A DNA stretch of 64,000 bases from Lingula anatina (Eukaryota; Animalia; Brachiopoda): NCBI GenBank assembly GCA_051362555.1, contig CM120640.1, forward strand, positions 2,046,001 through 2,110,000, written 5' to 3'. The position numbers were made by a program, and so were the translations under genes. The notes below the pieces were generated by a model that was not told the origin of the DNA, ran no database searches, and worked only from the letters and a program-made list of their open reading frames with translations. This document shows positions 63,645 to 64,000 of the stretch, one piece after another (the stretch's first letter is position 1; each line of letters starts with the position of its first letter).

Positions 63645-64000
63645 GTAAGAGAACGGAAGATTTTGATTTTCAGTTTGCTTAATATTTGTGAAATAATTTT
63701 ACATACTTATGATTACATGATTTGTCTGTGGGTAAGAGAACAGAATTATGATTTTGATTTGCTAAATATTTAGGAAGAATTTTTTGCTTGTATTTACAAT
63801 TGCATGGATATCTGTATAAGTCACTTTTGTTAATAAAACTATATGCAGGAGCAAGAGGATAAACTGTTTTATATTTTATGTGGATATAGTGATTGTCATT
63901 TGTAGAACTGAGTAATATTTTATGTGCCTTGATAAAAGAAAAGAATGAAACAGACAGTAAGAAGTTCCTGAAAGTTGTCACTTTTTTCAGTAAGATTTTA

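Overview
AT-rich, intron-containing eukaryotic genomic DNA. It is from an animal, probably a non-vertebrate bilaterian; the species cannot be fixed from the sequence. Gene order: two G-protein gamma subunit genes (+ strand, CDS 4826-5026 and 8837-9049), then a convergent tandem array of five intact 5-exon GADD45 genes (- strand, 19059-55153, labelled A-E here), then the first three coding exons of SPTLC1 (+ strand, from 62572), divergent from the array. I spliced all five GADD45 models by hand: all introns are GT-AG with conserved phases, there are no internal stops, and the proteins are 167-184 aa. Copies A-D share an N-terminal extension and a CACGTG E-box plus TATA-like core promoter. Copy E is closer to the vertebrate sequence and has a CCAAT/GC/ETS promoter with NF-kB-like sites. 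The convergent Ggamma-GADD45 arrangement matches human GNG12-GADD45A and GNG7-GADD45B as I recall them. Non-coding space is rich in small inverted-repeat transposons, including a MITE carrying two nested MITEs, two long palindromes and a 3.8-kb TTAA-flanked element with a decayed spliced cargo. Most ORFs in the supplied track are spurious. I found no CRISPR array, rRNA or convincing tRNA.
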